Origin: Patescibacteria group bacterium
GTDB lineage: Bacteria > Patescibacteriota > Microgenomatia > UBA8517
Assembly (NCBI GenBank): GCA_018823885.1
Contig: JAHJHG010000009.1
Location: 64,783-128,782 of the forward strand
Length of the DNA stretch: 64,000 nucleotides
Direction of reading: 5' to 3'
Positions 26,618 to 37,051 of this stretch are shown piece by piece. Positions within the stretch are counted from its first letter, which is position 1. Each line of letters opens with the position of its first letter. Under the pieces are notes generated by a model that made no database searches, had not been told where the DNA came from, and worked only from the letters and a program-made list of their open reading frames with translations. The translations under genes were made by a program, and so were the position numbers.

Positions 26618-28270
26618 ATGGCAGGCCTAAAATTTATTGCCCTTTCGGGGACAACTGACGTAACAGAAAATTTATACGTTTACGAATATGGGAACGATAT
26701 GATTATTGTTGATTGTGGAATAGGTTTCCCAGAAGCCGAAATGTATGGGGTTGACTTAGTGATTCCGGATTTTAGTTACATTGTAAAAAACAAACACAAA
26801 CTTCGAGGAATACTAATTTCCCATGGACATGAAGACCATCTTGGCGCATTGCCATTTCTTCTTAAAGATGTCCAGGCCCCTATTTATGCTACAAAGCTAG
26901 TTGCAGGATTTATTCAAGACAAATTCTCCGATCACAAAATGAAGGGGGTAAAAATTAATGTTATCGATCCAGACAAAGATACTTTGTCGCTAGGTGTTTT
27001 TAAAATACAAATGTTCAGGGTTTCCCATTCAGTTCCAGATGGTGTTGGCTTTGCCATAGATACACCAGAAGGGAGCATCTTCCATGTTGCTGATTACAAG
27101 TTTGATTGGACGCCTGTTGATGGAAAGCCTTTTGATATAGCTAGAGCTGCTACACTGGCTTCTTCGGGGGTTTTGGCAGTAGCCTCTGATTGTTTAGGCG
27201 CAACGACTCCAGGCTACACACAAAGCGAAAAAGAGATAGAAACACAAGTGGGACAGATTGCAAGAGACGTAAAAGGTCAAATTTTTTTTACCACAATTTC
27301 TTCGAATATTTCAAGAATGCAGCAAGCAATAAATGTAGCCAAGATGTTAAATCGCAAAGTTGTTTTTGTTGGTCGTTCAACTGAAGCGAAAGCGCAAATT
27401 GCAAAAGACCTCGGATATTTGCACGCTCCTGAGAATTTAGTAGTACCCTTCAAAAAAGCAGGGAAGATATCGAAGCAAAAAATCATGTATATTATTTCTG
27501 GAAGTTACGGTCAGCCTGGCAGTGCTCTTTATAGAGTGGCTAACGCAGAACACGATTTCTTGTCAATAGGTGAGGGCGATGCTGTAATCTTTTCTTCTGA
27601 TCCAGCCCCACCAGGATCAAAGGCGAATGTTGATGGAGTGGTAGATAGATTAATTGAGATTGGCGTAGATGTGCATTATTACGAAATGCAAGAAGATCTC
27701 CATGTTTCGGGGCATGGTTGCCGAGAGGATATTAAAATGCTTTTTGCGCTCCTGAAACCGAAATATTATATCCCCATCGGTGGAACTATAAGGCATATGC
27801 GGGAATATAAAAATATTGCGATTAGTATGGGCGCTGCATCAGAAGCAACATTTGAGCTTATGCCTGGAGATATTATTGAGTTTAATAATGCTAGAGGAGT
27901 GCGTGCAGGGAAAATCGACGTAAAAAGTGTTTTGGTAGATGGATTAGGGGTCGGAGATGTTGGCAATGTGGTGTTAAGAGATAGAAAGAAACTGGCGAGG
28001 GATGGGGTTGCTATTGTTCTTCTTCAATTAGATAGGTTGGGCAATAAGCTCATTGCCAGCCCAGAAGTGATAAGTCGTGGCTTCGTGTTTGAAAAGCAAG
28101 AAAAAGATTTTTTAGCTGAATCAGCAAATCTTCTTGTAAGAGAATTGGAGAAAAAAGAACGTCTCGATAGACATGTTGTGAGACGTATTACTATCGACTT
28201 CTTAGAAAAGTATTTCTTCAGACAAACAGGTCGTAGGCCCATGATTCTTCCAGTTGTGGTCGAAGCTTAA
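26618..28270 (+). CDS. rnj: ribonuclease J (metallo-beta-lactamase / beta-CASP RNase)
   Basis: 550 aa; ISHGHEDHLGALPFL (HxHxDH), beta-CASP motifs, C-terminal domain. Confidence 0.9.
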   Translation: MAGLKFIALSGTTDVTENLYVYEYGNDMIIVDCGIGFPEAEMYGVDLVIPDFSYIVKNKHKLRGILISHGHEDHLGALPFLLKDVQAPIYATKLVAGFIQDKFSDHKMKGVKINVIDPDKDTLSLGVFKIQMFRVSHSVPDGVGFAIDTPEGSIFHVADYKFDWTPVDGKPFDIARAATLASSGVLAVASDCLGATTPGYTQSEKEIETQVGQIARDVKGQIFFTTISSNISRMQQAINVAKMLNRKVVFVGRSTEAKAQIAKDLGYLHAPENLVVPFKKAGKISKQKIMYIISGSYGQPGSALYRVANAEHDFLSIGEGDAVIFSSDPAPPGSKANVDGVVDRLIEIGVDVHYYEMQEDLHVSGHGCREDIKMLFALLKPKYYIPIGGTIRHMREYKNIAISMGAASEATFELMPGDIIEFNNARGVRAGKIDVKSVLVDGLGVGDVGNVVLRDRKKLARDGVAIVLLQLDRLGNKLIASPEVISRGFVFEKQEKDFLAESANLLVRELEKKERLDRHVVRRITIDFLEKYFFRQTGRRPMILPVVVEA

Positions 28271-28308
28271 TTGTTAAGATCAGCACGGTTTTAGACAAGA
28301 TAGTATGG

Positions 28309-30429
28309 GTGGCATATAATGTATTTATGGCTAAAAGGAAGCATAAAAAACGAGCAAAAAGCTCTTTCAAGTTAAAACTTAAAAAAGGAACGATTCATTC
28401 TATTGGCCAGATATTTTTTTTCTCTTTGGCGGGTTTAATTATCGTTTCTTTTGCCAGACAAGGAGTTGTTTTGGTGAAACTAAACGATTTTTTGGTCTCT
28501 TATCTCTCTTGGACAACAATATTTTTACCGTTTGTTTTATTATCTGCAGGTTTTCTTTTAACTAAATTTAAAATCCCTTTTGCTCAGGCAAACGTTTTGG
28601 TTGGAAGCCTTTTGTTTTTTATATCAACACTAACGATAACAAGAGCTGGAATTTTGGGTAAGTTTTCTTGGGACGGAGTAGCAACTCTTATCACATCAGT
28701 TGGTGCCTTCATTGTTCTTTTAGGAACAGGCATAATCGGTCTCATTATTCTTTTTAATACATCAGTCGACCAGGTGGTCACTTTTTTTGGGGTTTTACTG
28801 GCTCAGATAAGGCGCTACTTGGTTGGAGATAAGGCAATAAGGAGAGCTGAGAGTTTAGCAAAAAGGAAATTAAAAGTGTCTGGGAGTCAGGCAACATCGA
28901 CAGCTTCTGCAAGAACTCCAGGGAGAGATGCAGCACAAGAGGTTTTGGAGCCAAAATTAGTAAGTAATATTCCCGGCGAAAATAAAGTGTGGAAACATCC
29001 TTCTTTAAACATTTTGTCAGAAACACAAATAGGCAAGGCTGATAGGGGCGATATAAAGGGCAATGCACACATTATTGAGCAAACATTAGAGTCTTTTGGA
29101 ATAACGGCTCGTGTTGTTGAGGTAAATCTTGGACCGGCTGTAACCCAATATGCTCTTGAGGTTGCTCTTGGGACAAAATTATCAAAAATTACCTCCTTGG
29201 AGCGTGATTTAGCTTTGGCTCTCGCCGCTCCAACTGGAACAATAAGAATTGAAGCGCCTATTCCTGGACGCTCTCTGGTTGGAATTGAGTTGCCCAATAG
29301 AAGTCCGGAGTTTGTTCCTTTGAAAAAAATGCTTCAGGCAGATTCCATGCGAGAGGCGAATTCGAAATTAACTTTAGCTTTGGGTTTGGATGTTTCCGGG
29401 AAATCTTTGGTAGCCGATCTTGCCCTTATGCCGCACATTCTTATTGCAGGACAAACAGGCTCCGGTAAAAGTGTTTGTATTAATACTTTTCTCTCAACTC
29501 TTCTTTTTCGAGCCGCACCTTCAGAGGTGAAGCTGATTATGGTAGATCCGAAGAGAGTCGAACTTACTGGCTATAATGGTATTCCACACCTTTTGTCTCC
29601 CGTGATTGTTGATCCGAAGAAAGTAATTTCTGCCCTGAGGTGGGTTCTTTCGGAAATGGACAGGCGTTATAAATTATTTGCCCAAGCAGGAGTTAGAAAT
29701 ATGACTACTTATAATGAAATGTCTGGGTTTCAGGCGCTTCCACATATTGTTGTTGTTATTGATGAACTTGCTGATATTATGCTTTTTTCCCCGGTTGAAG
29801 TAGAAGATGCAATAACTAGAATTGCCCAGATGAGTCGAGCTACTGGAATTCATATGATTCTTTCAACTCAAAGACCATCGGTTGACGTTATCACGGGACT
29901 TATTAAGGCTAATATTCCTTGCAGAATTGCTTTTGCGGTTTCTTCGCAGGTTGACTCAAGGGTAATACTTGATATGCAGGGGGCAGAAAAATTATTAGGA
30001 AAAGGAGACATGCTCTATTTGCCACCTGATCAAGCGAAGCCGATAAGAATTCAAGGAGCATTTGTATCAGACAAAGAAACTACTGACCTTGTTTCTTTCC
30101 TTAAAAACCAGGGCGTTGAACCTCAGTATACTGAGGAAGTTGTTTCGATGCCAAAACCGGGCACAACTGTTATTCCTGGAGTTGATGAGGAACTAGATGA
30201 GTTGTTTAAAAGCGCAGTTGAAGTTATTTGTCAGTATGATAGGGCGTCGGCTTCTCTTCTTCAAAGAAGGCTGTCAATAGGGTATGCTAGGGCGGCAAGA
30301 ATTATTGATCAATTAGAAGCGGCCGGTGCGATAGGGCCGGCAGAAGGATCGAAGCCCAGGGATGTTTTAATTCAGAGTCCAGAAGAATTTTTATCGGCCC
30401 CACCTCCGGGAGGACAACCTGCCACATAA
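28309..30429 (+). CDS. ftsK: DNA translocase FtsK/SpoIIIE
   Basis: 706 aa; N-terminal 4-5 TM helices, linker, motor domain with Walker A AGQTGSGKS and VVIDELAD Walker B, C-terminal gamma winged-helix (LLQRRLSIGYARAARIIDQLE). Confidence 0.9.
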   Translation: MAYNVFMAKRKHKKRAKSSFKLKLKKGTIHSIGQIFFFSLAGLIIVSFARQGVVLVKLNDFLVSYLSWTTIFLPFVLLSAGFLLTKFKIPFAQANVLVGSLLFFISTLTITRAGILGKFSWDGVATLITSVGAFIVLLGTGIIGLIILFNTSVDQVVTFFGVLLAQIRRYLVGDKAIRRAESLAKRKLKVSGSQATSTASARTPGRDAAQEVLEPKLVSNIPGENKVWKHPSLNILSETQIGKADRGDIKGNAHIIEQTLESFGITARVVEVNLGPAVTQYALEVALGTKLSKITSLERDLALALAAPTGTIRIEAPIPGRSLVGIELPNRSPEFVPLKKMLQADSMREANSKLTLALGLDVSGKSLVADLALMPHILIAGQTGSGKSVCINTFLSTLLFRAAPSEVKLIMVDPKRVELTGYNGIPHLLSPVIVDPKKVISALRWVLSEMDRRYKLFAQAGVRNMTTYNEMSGFQALPHIVVVIDELADIMLFSPVEVEDAITRIAQMSRATGIHMILSTQRPSVDVITGLIKANIPCRIAFAVSSQVDSRVILDMQGAEKLLGKGDMLYLPPDQAKPIRIQGAFVSDKETTDLVSFLKNQGVEPQYTEEVVSMPKPGTTVIPGVDEELDELFKSAVEVICQYDRASASLLQRRLSIGYARAARIIDQLEAAGAIGPAEGSKPRDVLIQSPEEFLSAPPPGGQPAT

Positions 30430-30443
30430 AGTAAATATTTAAG

Positions 30444-31070
30444 ATGAAGACAATCGGCATTTTTATAAAAGAGGCTCGTATCAAAAAAAGATTTTCGCAG
30501 GATAAAATTGCGAAAGAGACAAAAATTAAAGAAGAGTTTGTTGTTTCTATTGAAAAAGAAAATTGGGAGACTTTGCCGGAATACCCTGTTGTTATTGGTT
30601 TTGTGAAGAAAATTTCCAAGTATTTGAAGCTTGACGAAAGACAGGCGGTTGCATTCTTAAGGCGAGACTACCCGCCAAGAGTCCTTCCAGTTAACCCAAA
30701 ACCAGATGTTGCAAAGAAGTTTGTATGGAGCCCAAAATTGACATTTGTTATTGGGATTGCAGTTATTGCCATTGCTGTTTTGGGGTATCTTGGTTTTCAA
30801 TACTCAAGCTTTGTTAGCCCGCCAAAACTAGTGGTAGATGAGCCACAAGAAGAACAGGTTATTAAACAGAAAAATTTAATCGTGTCGGGAAAAACAGACC
30901 AAGATGCAACTATAAAAATAAATAACCAGCCAATACTCGTTGAGGAGGATGGAAGCTTTAAAGCGGAAATCGAAATATTCGAAGGAACAGAGGAGATAGT
31001 AGTTAAAGCTGTTTCAAGGTCTGGTAAAGAAACAACAATTCGTCGTAAAATATATCCAGACTTGGAATAA
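30444..31070 (+). CDS. RodZ-like protein (XRE-type HTH + single TM + extracytoplasmic domain)
   Basis: 208 aa; N-terminal HTH (IKEARIKKRFSQDKIAKETKIKEEFVVSIEKENWETLPEYPVVIGFVKKISKYLKL) resembles RodZ, then TM FVIGIAVIAIAVLGYLGF and C-terminal beta domain. Confidence 0.5.
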   Translation: MKTIGIFIKEARIKKRFSQDKIAKETKIKEEFVVSIEKENWETLPEYPVVIGFVKKISKYLKLDERQAVAFLRRDYPPRVLPVNPKPDVAKKFVWSPKLTFVIGIAVIAIAVLGYLGFQYSSFVSPPKLVVDEPQEEQVIKQKNLIVSGKTDQDATIKINNQPILVEEDGSFKAEIEIFEGTEEIVVKAVSRSGKETTIRRKIYPDLE

Positions 31071-31075
31071 TAATT

Positions 31076-31345
31076 ATGGACCCTGTTCAAAAGCTTTTAA
31101 TTGCAGTGGTTGTTTCATTAACAACGCTTCTTGTTATTGTTGGAGCCCAGGTAATATTAATAATCATTGATCTCAGACGAGCATTAAAAAGATTAAATAG
31201 TATTTTAGAGGATGCCATTTTAGGTGGAGGTCTAATTCGCCCCGAAAAATTAACGGGAGTAATGGAAATTTTGAGAAGAAATAAGAAGATGAAATCTCAT
31301 GGTCAGGCTTTTCGAGAGCCCTCTAAGGAGCCTAGGGAAGTTTGA
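31076..31345 (+). CDS. small hypothetical membrane protein
   Basis: 89 aa; one N-terminal TM helix then basic C-terminus; follows the RodZ-like gene after 5 nt. Confidence 0.35.
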   Translation: MDPVQKLLIAVVVSLTTLLVIVGAQVILIIIDLRRALKRLNSILEDAILGGGLIRPEKLTGVMEILRRNKKMKSHGQAFREPSKEPREV

Positions 31346-31598
31346 GTACTTTTCTAGCGAAATTTTTAATTCTTCTTTTTTTGTCCTCGATTTTTCCCTC
31401 TCTTGCCCGGCGGCTTTGCCATGCAACGATGCGTCTGAAATCGATACGGTTTTCATTTTCGCGGCAACCTTGAAAGTAATCTTCAAGAGAGATTTCTCCT
31501 CTCAGGTATCCAATATTTAATTGTCTTAGTTTTTCTTCCCTTTCGTCGACTCTGTCAACCGAGTCATTTCCCAGCATTCTTTCTCGCATGGACACCAT
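31332..31598 (-). CDS. hypothetical small basic protein
   Basis: 88-aa ORF convergent with the previous gene; Arg/Lys-rich; no confident family assignment. Confidence 0.35.
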   Translation of the reverse strand: MVSMRERMLGNDSVDRVDEREEKLRQLNIGYLRGEISLEDYFQGCRENENRIDFRRIVAWQSRRAREGKIEDKKRRIKNFARKVLKLP

Positions 31599-31652
31599 TA
31601 TAAGGTGCGTTAAACTTATTGTCTAGATAAGGCTAACAATAAACGATATAAT

Positions 31653-33497
31653 TTGGGCATGACCTCAGATGAAGTTCGTAAAAAATATATAAATTTCTTT
31701 AAATTAACACCAAAAAACCACAAAGAAATTAGCCCGGCACCTCTTGTGCCCACCGATGATCCCACCACTCTTTTTACGTCCTCGGGGATGCAGCAACTTG
31801 TCCCATATTTAACTGGAGATCCTCATCCCGAGGGCAAACGATTAGTTAACTCCCAGCCCTGCTTAAGATTAGAGGATATGGATAAGGTGGGAGACAATCG
31901 CCACACAACGTTTTTTGAAATGTTGGGGAATTGGTCGTTAGGAGACTATTTTAAAGAGGAGCAACTTGTATGGTTCTGGGAGTTTTTGACAAAAGAATTA
32001 AGTCTTCCCAAGGAAAAACTTTGGGTAAGTGTTTTTGAAGGAACAAAAGAAGTTCCAAAAGATGAAGAATCAGTCAAAATTTGGGAAAAAATCGGAGTAC
32101 CCAAAGAGCGAATCCATTTTTATGGAGTGAAGGAAAACTGGTGGTCTCGCTCAGGCCCACCAGATAAAATGCCGGTTGGTGAAATCGGGGGTCCCGACTC
32201 AGAAATATTCTTTGAATTTACCCAGGTTAAACACGATCCAAAATATGGGAAAGAATGTCACCCGAACTGTGGATGCGGAAGATTTTTGGAAATTGGCAAT
32301 TCAGTTTTTATTGAATACATCAAAAAAAAGGACGGGTCTTTAGAAGAACTGCCCCAAAAAAATGTTGATTTTGGAGGGGGATTAGAAAGAACAACAGCGG
32401 CAGTTAATAATAATCCAGATATTTATCAAACCGATCTTTTTAAACCAATGATAGAAGCACTAGAAAAACACTTTGATATCAAATATGGAAGTGAAAAGGA
32501 AGTAGACGAGATGTATAGGACTGTCGCCGATCACATTAGGGCATCTGTATTTTTGGTGCAATTCGGAGTTAAGCCAGGCAACAAACTTCAAGGATATGTT
32601 TTAAGAAGGTTGCTCCGTCGAAGTGCGACAAAGACTTACCTTAAAGATCGAAGCTTTAAAGATAAAAGCTTCGATAGTAAAAAGTATAAGCTTTTGGTAA
32701 GAAGGGTGATTGACAGCTATCCAGCATTTTTCAAGGGAGCCGATCAAGAAGAAATTGAACAGGAGATTGTACGCGAGCTTCGAAGATTTCGAAAGACTAT
32801 TGAGCAAGGGATAAAGAAACTTGAAAAAAGAATGAGCGATAAGCAAAAGATTGATGGGAAATTTCTCTTTGATCTTCACCAGACTTATGGAATTCCATAT
32901 GAAGTGACTGAAGAAATTTTTCAGAAAGCGCGCGGCAAAAAGCTGACAGAAAAAGATAGAGAGGAATTCGACAAAAAATTGGAGAGCCATCAAGAACTTT
33001 CCAGAACAGCAAGTGCTGGAATGTTTAAGGGTGGGTTGGCTGATTCATCGGCCGAGGTAACCAGGCTTCACACAGCCACTCATTTGTTGCATGCGGCACT
33101 TCGGAAAGTTTTAGGAGAGCATGTCCAGCAAAAGGGCTCTAACATAACGGCTGAGCGGTTGCGCTTTGATTTTACTCACCCACAAAAACTGACAGAAGAT
33201 GAAACAAAAAGAGTGGAGGATTTGGTAAATGAACAAATTCAAAAAGACTTGCCAGTAAGTTTTGAAGCAATTAATCTTAATAAAGCCATAAAGGAAGGCG
33301 CTCTCGCCTTTTTTGGGGAGAAATACGACCAAAAAGTTAAGGTTTATACTGTAGGCGACCCAGAAGGCAAATGGTTTTCAAAAGAAGTGTGTGGCGGTCC
33401 ACATGTCTCCTCCACTTCTGAAATTGGGCGTGTTAAGATATTTAGGCAAGAGAAAATTGGTGCAGGGATAATGCGGCTATACGCAAAAACAGAATAA
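31653..33497 (+). CDS. alaS: alanine--tRNA ligase, short form (catalytic + tRNA-recognition + editing domains, no C-Ala domain)
   Basis: 614 aa; class II AlaRS motifs (FTSSGMQQ, RLEDMDKVGDNRHTTFFEMLGNWSLGDYFK), editing-domain HxxxH...CGGPHV motifs (HTATHLLHAALRKVLG, CGGPHVSSTSEIG); ends right after the editing core. Confidence 0.9.
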   Translation: MGMTSDEVRKKYINFFKLTPKNHKEISPAPLVPTDDPTTLFTSSGMQQLVPYLTGDPHPEGKRLVNSQPCLRLEDMDKVGDNRHTTFFEMLGNWSLGDYFKEEQLVWFWEFLTKELSLPKEKLWVSVFEGTKEVPKDEESVKIWEKIGVPKERIHFYGVKENWWSRSGPPDKMPVGEIGGPDSEIFFEFTQVKHDPKYGKECHPNCGCGRFLEIGNSVFIEYIKKKDGSLEELPQKNVDFGGGLERTTAAVNNNPDIYQTDLFKPMIEALEKHFDIKYGSEKEVDEMYRTVADHIRASVFLVQFGVKPGNKLQGYVLRRLLRRSATKTYLKDRSFKDKSFDSKKYKLLVRRVIDSYPAFFKGADQEEIEQEIVRELRRFRKTIEQGIKKLEKRMSDKQKIDGKFLFDLHQTYGIPYEVTEEIFQKARGKKLTEKDREEFDKKLESHQELSRTASAGMFKGGLADSSAEVTRLHTATHLLHAALRKVLGEHVQQKGSNITAERLRFDFTHPQKLTEDETKRVEDLVNEQIQKDLPVSFEAINLNKAIKEGALAFFGEKYDQKVKVYTVGDPEGKWFSKEVCGGPHVSSTSEIGRVKIFRQEKIGAGIMRLYAKTE

Positions 33498-33515
33498 TAG
33501 TTCTGTGAAATATAT

Positions 33516-35738
33516 ATGGATTTAAAAAGTTTTTTATCAACAAAAGAAGATAAATCGGTTGAATATTACTGGGCTTTGGTTATAGAGCCGGAGTGGGTGC
33601 AGGCTGGAATTTGGGAAATTGTGGAAAATAAAGCTCGGGTCATTGCAGTTAGCCCCCCAGCGGCGTGGGCTTCTGAAGAAGAATTGACAAGCGCTTGTGA
33701 CACAGTTCTTTCTTCTGCTGTTTCCTCTTTCCCGGAAGATGCGAAAGAGCCTTCAAAAACTGTCTTCGGCGTATCTTCAACTTGGGTGTCAAAAGGGGAG
33801 ATAAAAGTAGAATATTTAGAGACTCTAAAGAAAATTTGTGCAGAGCTTTCTCTAACGCCGGTAGGCTTTGTTGTTTTACCGGAAGTGATGGCTCACTTGA
33901 TTAAATCAGAAGAGGGGTCTCCGCTCAGTGGTGTGGTTTTGGGGGTTGGAAGTCAAAACATTGAACTCTCGATTTTTAGATTGGGGAATTTGGTTGGTAC
34001 CGCGAATATTGCAAGAAGTGTATCTGTGGTTGATGATGTAGCGGAAGGTCTGACGAGATTTGCAGACGGAGATAATTTGCCTTCACGATTTCTTCTTTAT
34101 GACGGAAAAGAAGGAGAGCTTGAAGAAACAAAACAAGCTTTACTTAAAGCAAATTGGAGTAATTATGAAAAGATAAAATTCCTTCATACTCCTAAAATTG
34201 AGGTTATTACACCCAAAAGAAAAGTTCATGCAGTATCTTTGGCTGGAGCATCGGAGATTGCTGATGTTTCCTTTCTTGAATCAAAGAATGAGGAAAGACA
34301 GGAAGAAAAGGTTTCTTCGAAACCTGACCTTATGTCCACGGCGGTAAGTCCCGCAAAACCTGAAGATGTAGGGTTTGTGATTGGACAAGACGTGGTTTCT
34401 GCACAGGGACGTGAGCCCGCGGTCGATGCGATTGAGAAGTCAGCTCAAGTAGAAGTACAAAAAGAATCGATAGAGAACATACGAGATAAGAAGGTGACGC
34501 AACAACCTGGAGGATTCAAAAGTAATTTTGTTTTAGATATTTTTAGAAAAATGAAACTAAATATTGCTTCTCTTTCGGCAAAAAAACCAAAAGTAAAAAT
34601 GGGTGGCAAGAGAACGCTTGCCATTGGGGGCGGGTTTCTTGTTTTTCTCATACTCATCGGTTTTATCTCTTGGTGGTTCTTTCCCAAGGCAACGGTTACT
34701 ATTTATGTTTCTCCTAAAAAACTTGATGAAAAAATGACAATTTCCGTAGATTTAAATATTTCTGATTCCAACTTTTCGAAAGGGATACTCCCTGGAAACA
34801 TAATTGAAACGACCGTATCGGGTGAGAGAACGACACCGACTAGTGGGACAAAAACAATTGGAGAGACAGCCAAAGGGAGTGTGACAATTCAAAACGGAAC
34901 TGCTCAGGCGTTAAAACTTCCAGCGGGTACTTTTATATATTCTGCGAATGATTTAAAATTTGCCCTTGCAGCTGAAGCTTCGGTGTCTGCCGCTCTTTCG
35001 CCTAGCTCACCTGGGACGGATACTGTTGAGGTCGAAGCAGCCGGTATTGGTGCGGAATACAATTTAGCGAAAGATGAGAGTTTTTCCGTTGGGAATTATC
35101 CTAAGGCAGAAGTTGATGCGGTGGCGATATCAGATTTTTCAGGAGGGTCAAGCCGCCAAATATCAGCTGTTTCAGAAGAAGATATGGATGAGTTAGAAAA
35201 CGATTTAATAGAGGAGCTTCTTGAAGAAGCAAAAAATGAATTAATAAAAAAAGCTTCAGAAGACCAATATTTAATTGAAGAATCTATGGAAACTACTCCT
35301 TCCACAAAGAGTTTTAGTAACAAAGTGGGCGATGAGGCAGACAACCTAAAGCTGTCTCTTTCCTTGGATGTAATAAGTTTGGTGGTTGAAAACCTAGCAC
35401 TTTCAGATTTTGCAAAAGAGGTTCTAAAAGACAAAATTCCTTCGGGATTTGTTTTAAGAGAAGATCAAATTGATATGCGTTTTGAACTGGAAGGAGAGGA
35501 CGATGAAGTATATGAACTAATTGTTTACATGGAAGTAAACCTTTTGCCTGAGATGAAACCTGATGAGATTGCCAAAGAAATCGTAGGTAAAAGAACTTCT
35601 CTCGCGAAAGATTATTTGACCTCAATCTCAGGATTTACGAGAGCAGAGATAAATTTAAAGCCACAATTACCCGGATGGCTTGGTACGCTTCCGCATGTTG
35701 TAAAGAATATAGAAGTAGAGCTTGCTGCTGAACGGTGA
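33516..35738 (+). CDS. large bitopic membrane protein; cytoplasmic N-domain with possible FtsA/PilM-like actin-fold features, extracytoplasmic C-domain
   Basis: 740 aa; single TM (LAIGGGFLVFLILIGFISWWFF) near residue 365; N-domain segments (YYWALVIEPEWVQAGIW..., SGVVLGVGSQNIELSIFRLGNLVGTANIARS) reminiscent of the two beta-sheet cores of FtsA/PilM-like ATPases but lacking phosphate-binding Asp/Gly motifs; C-domain acidic with coiled-coil-like stretch. Confidence 0.55.
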   Translation: MDLKSFLSTKEDKSVEYYWALVIEPEWVQAGIWEIVENKARVIAVSPPAAWASEEELTSACDTVLSSAVSSFPEDAKEPSKTVFGVSSTWVSKGEIKVEYLETLKKICAELSLTPVGFVVLPEVMAHLIKSEEGSPLSGVVLGVGSQNIELSIFRLGNLVGTANIARSVSVVDDVAEGLTRFADGDNLPSRFLLYDGKEGELEETKQALLKANWSNYEKIKFLHTPKIEVITPKRKVHAVSLAGASEIADVSFLESKNEERQEEKVSSKPDLMSTAVSPAKPEDVGFVIGQDVVSAQGREPAVDAIEKSAQVEVQKESIENIRDKKVTQQPGGFKSNFVLDIFRKMKLNIASLSAKKPKVKMGGKRTLAIGGGFLVFLILIGFISWWFFPKATVTIYVSPKKLDEKMTISVDLNISDSNFSKGILPGNIIETTVSGERTTPTSGTKTIGETAKGSVTIQNGTAQALKLPAGTFIYSANDLKFALAAEASVSAALSPSSPGTDTVEVEAAGIGAEYNLAKDESFSVGNYPKAEVDAVAISDFSGGSSRQISAVSEEDMDELENDLIEELLEEAKNELIKKASEDQYLIEESMETTPSTKSFSNKVGDEADNLKLSLSLDVISLVVENLALSDFAKEVLKDKIPSGFVLREDQIDMRFELEGEDDEVYELIVYMEVNLLPEMKPDEIAKEIVGKRTSLAKDYLTSISGFTRAEINLKPQLPGWLGTLPHVVKNIEVELAAER

Positions 35739-35756
35739 TAAAATCCTTCCGGAAAC

Positions 35757-36440
35757 ATGGACAATAAACTTTTAAGAATCGCCGCAATTATTTCTGGAAT
35801 TTCAGGGATAGTAATTCTATTTTCTGTTGTTCTCCCCATTGTTTCTTACCAGTCGATTTCAAATCAGAAATATCCATCCCTTTTAAGCCCTATTGTTCAA
35901 AGTACTTCAAAGGTCACCCTAGAGGAAGTTGACTATACAAAGGCAAGTAATTGGTTTATTGACAACAAAGACACGAGTTTTTCAACTTCAAGTATTTCTC
36001 ACTATGTTATTTCTATTTCTAAGTTGGGAATAAAAAAAGCAACGGTTACAATTGGGGGAGAGGATCTGTCAGGAAGCCTTGTTCAGTACCCTGGTACCGC
36101 CTTGCCGGGAAAGAACGGGAATGCGGTTATTTTTGGTCATTCAATCTTGCCTCAGTTTTATGACCCTGAAGATTATTTGTCAATTTTTTCTACCTTGCCA
36201 ACTCTTGATGAAGGAGACGAAATTCAACTTGATTATGATGGTGTAGTTTATAAATATATAGTGGAGAAAATGTTTGAGGTGTTGCCGTCAGACATAGGGG
36301 TTTTAGAACAAGACAAAAGCGATTCATTTTTAACACTTGTGACTTGTGTTCCTCCGGGGCACCCCTTAAAACCAAAAAGATTAATAATTAGGGCTAGAAT
36401 AGTGCCCATAGAACAAGCAAATGCGAATATTAGCAATTGA
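35757..36440 (+). CDS. sortase family transpeptidase
   Basis: 227 aa; N-terminal TM anchor; catalytic His context (NAVIFGHSILP), active-site TLVTC motif (TLVTCVPPGH) and downstream Arg (RLIIRAR). Confidence 0.75.
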   Translation: MDNKLLRIAAIISGISGIVILFSVVLPIVSYQSISNQKYPSLLSPIVQSTSKVTLEEVDYTKASNWFIDNKDTSFSTSSISHYVISISKLGIKKATVTIGGEDLSGSLVQYPGTALPGKNGNAVIFGHSILPQFYDPEDYLSIFSTLPTLDEGDEIQLDYDGVVYKYIVEKMFEVLPSDIGVLEQDKSDSFLTLVTCVPPGHPLKPKRLIIRARIVPIEQANANISN

Positions 36441-36804
36441 TTATGGACAGAAAAAGGTAGGAGTTGCTTTGGCAACTTCCCAATTGGCGGAGCCTTATAA
36501 GGTGATCCGATTTACTTCAAGCAAAACCCTCGTGAAGGAACTTGGGAAGATCATCGAGGAGGAGCAAATAGAAAAATTAATAATCGGTGTATCTGAAGGA
36601 AAAATAGGAGAAGAATCAAAGAGGTTTGGAGAAAAACTAAAAATACAATTTAAATTACCCCTATCTTTTCAAGATGAAACATTAACGACGCAAGAAGCTC
36701 AAAAATTATCCTTTGAGGCGGGGATAAAAAGAAAAAAACGAAAAAAGTTGGAAGACGCTTTCTCTGCTGCTTTGATTTTACAGGCATACTTGGACTCTAA
36801 GTAA
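36421..36804 (+). CDS. ruvX: Holliday junction resolvase-like protein RuvX/YqgF
   Basis: 127 aa; MRILAIDYGQKKVGVALAT N-terminal RNase H-like motif. Confidence 0.85.
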   Translation: MRILAIDYGQKKVGVALATSQLAEPYKVIRFTSSKTLVKELGKIIEEEQIEKLIIGVSEGKIGEESKRFGEKLKIQFKLPLSFQDETLTTQEAQKLSFEAGIKRKKRKKLEDAFSAALILQAYLDSK

Positions 36805-36841
36805 AACTCCCAACAAGCCTAGTTTATGCTATACTTGCTCA

Positions 36842-37042
36842 ATGCTAAAAAATGTGATTGCACCAATTCAAGCGTGGTTTCTTTCTCAAAGCAGGTGTGT
36901 TGGTTGTGGGAGACCGTTAGCGGATGGGAAAAAAGAGAAGCAGAGGGATGCAACAGAGAAAATAACCTGTGAGTGCGGAAGAATTTTCATTTATAACTCC
37001 AAAACTAAGAAATATCGACGTGCCCTTCTTGAAGAAGTATAA
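36842..37042 (+). CDS. hypothetical small zinc-ribbon protein
   Basis: 66 aa with CVGCG...CECG Cys pairs; coding status uncertain. Confidence 0.35.
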   Translation: MLKNVIAPIQAWFLSQSRCVGCGRPLADGKKEKQRDATEKITCECGRIFIYNSKTKKYRRALLEEV

Positions 37043-37051
37043 AGTTTGTAG

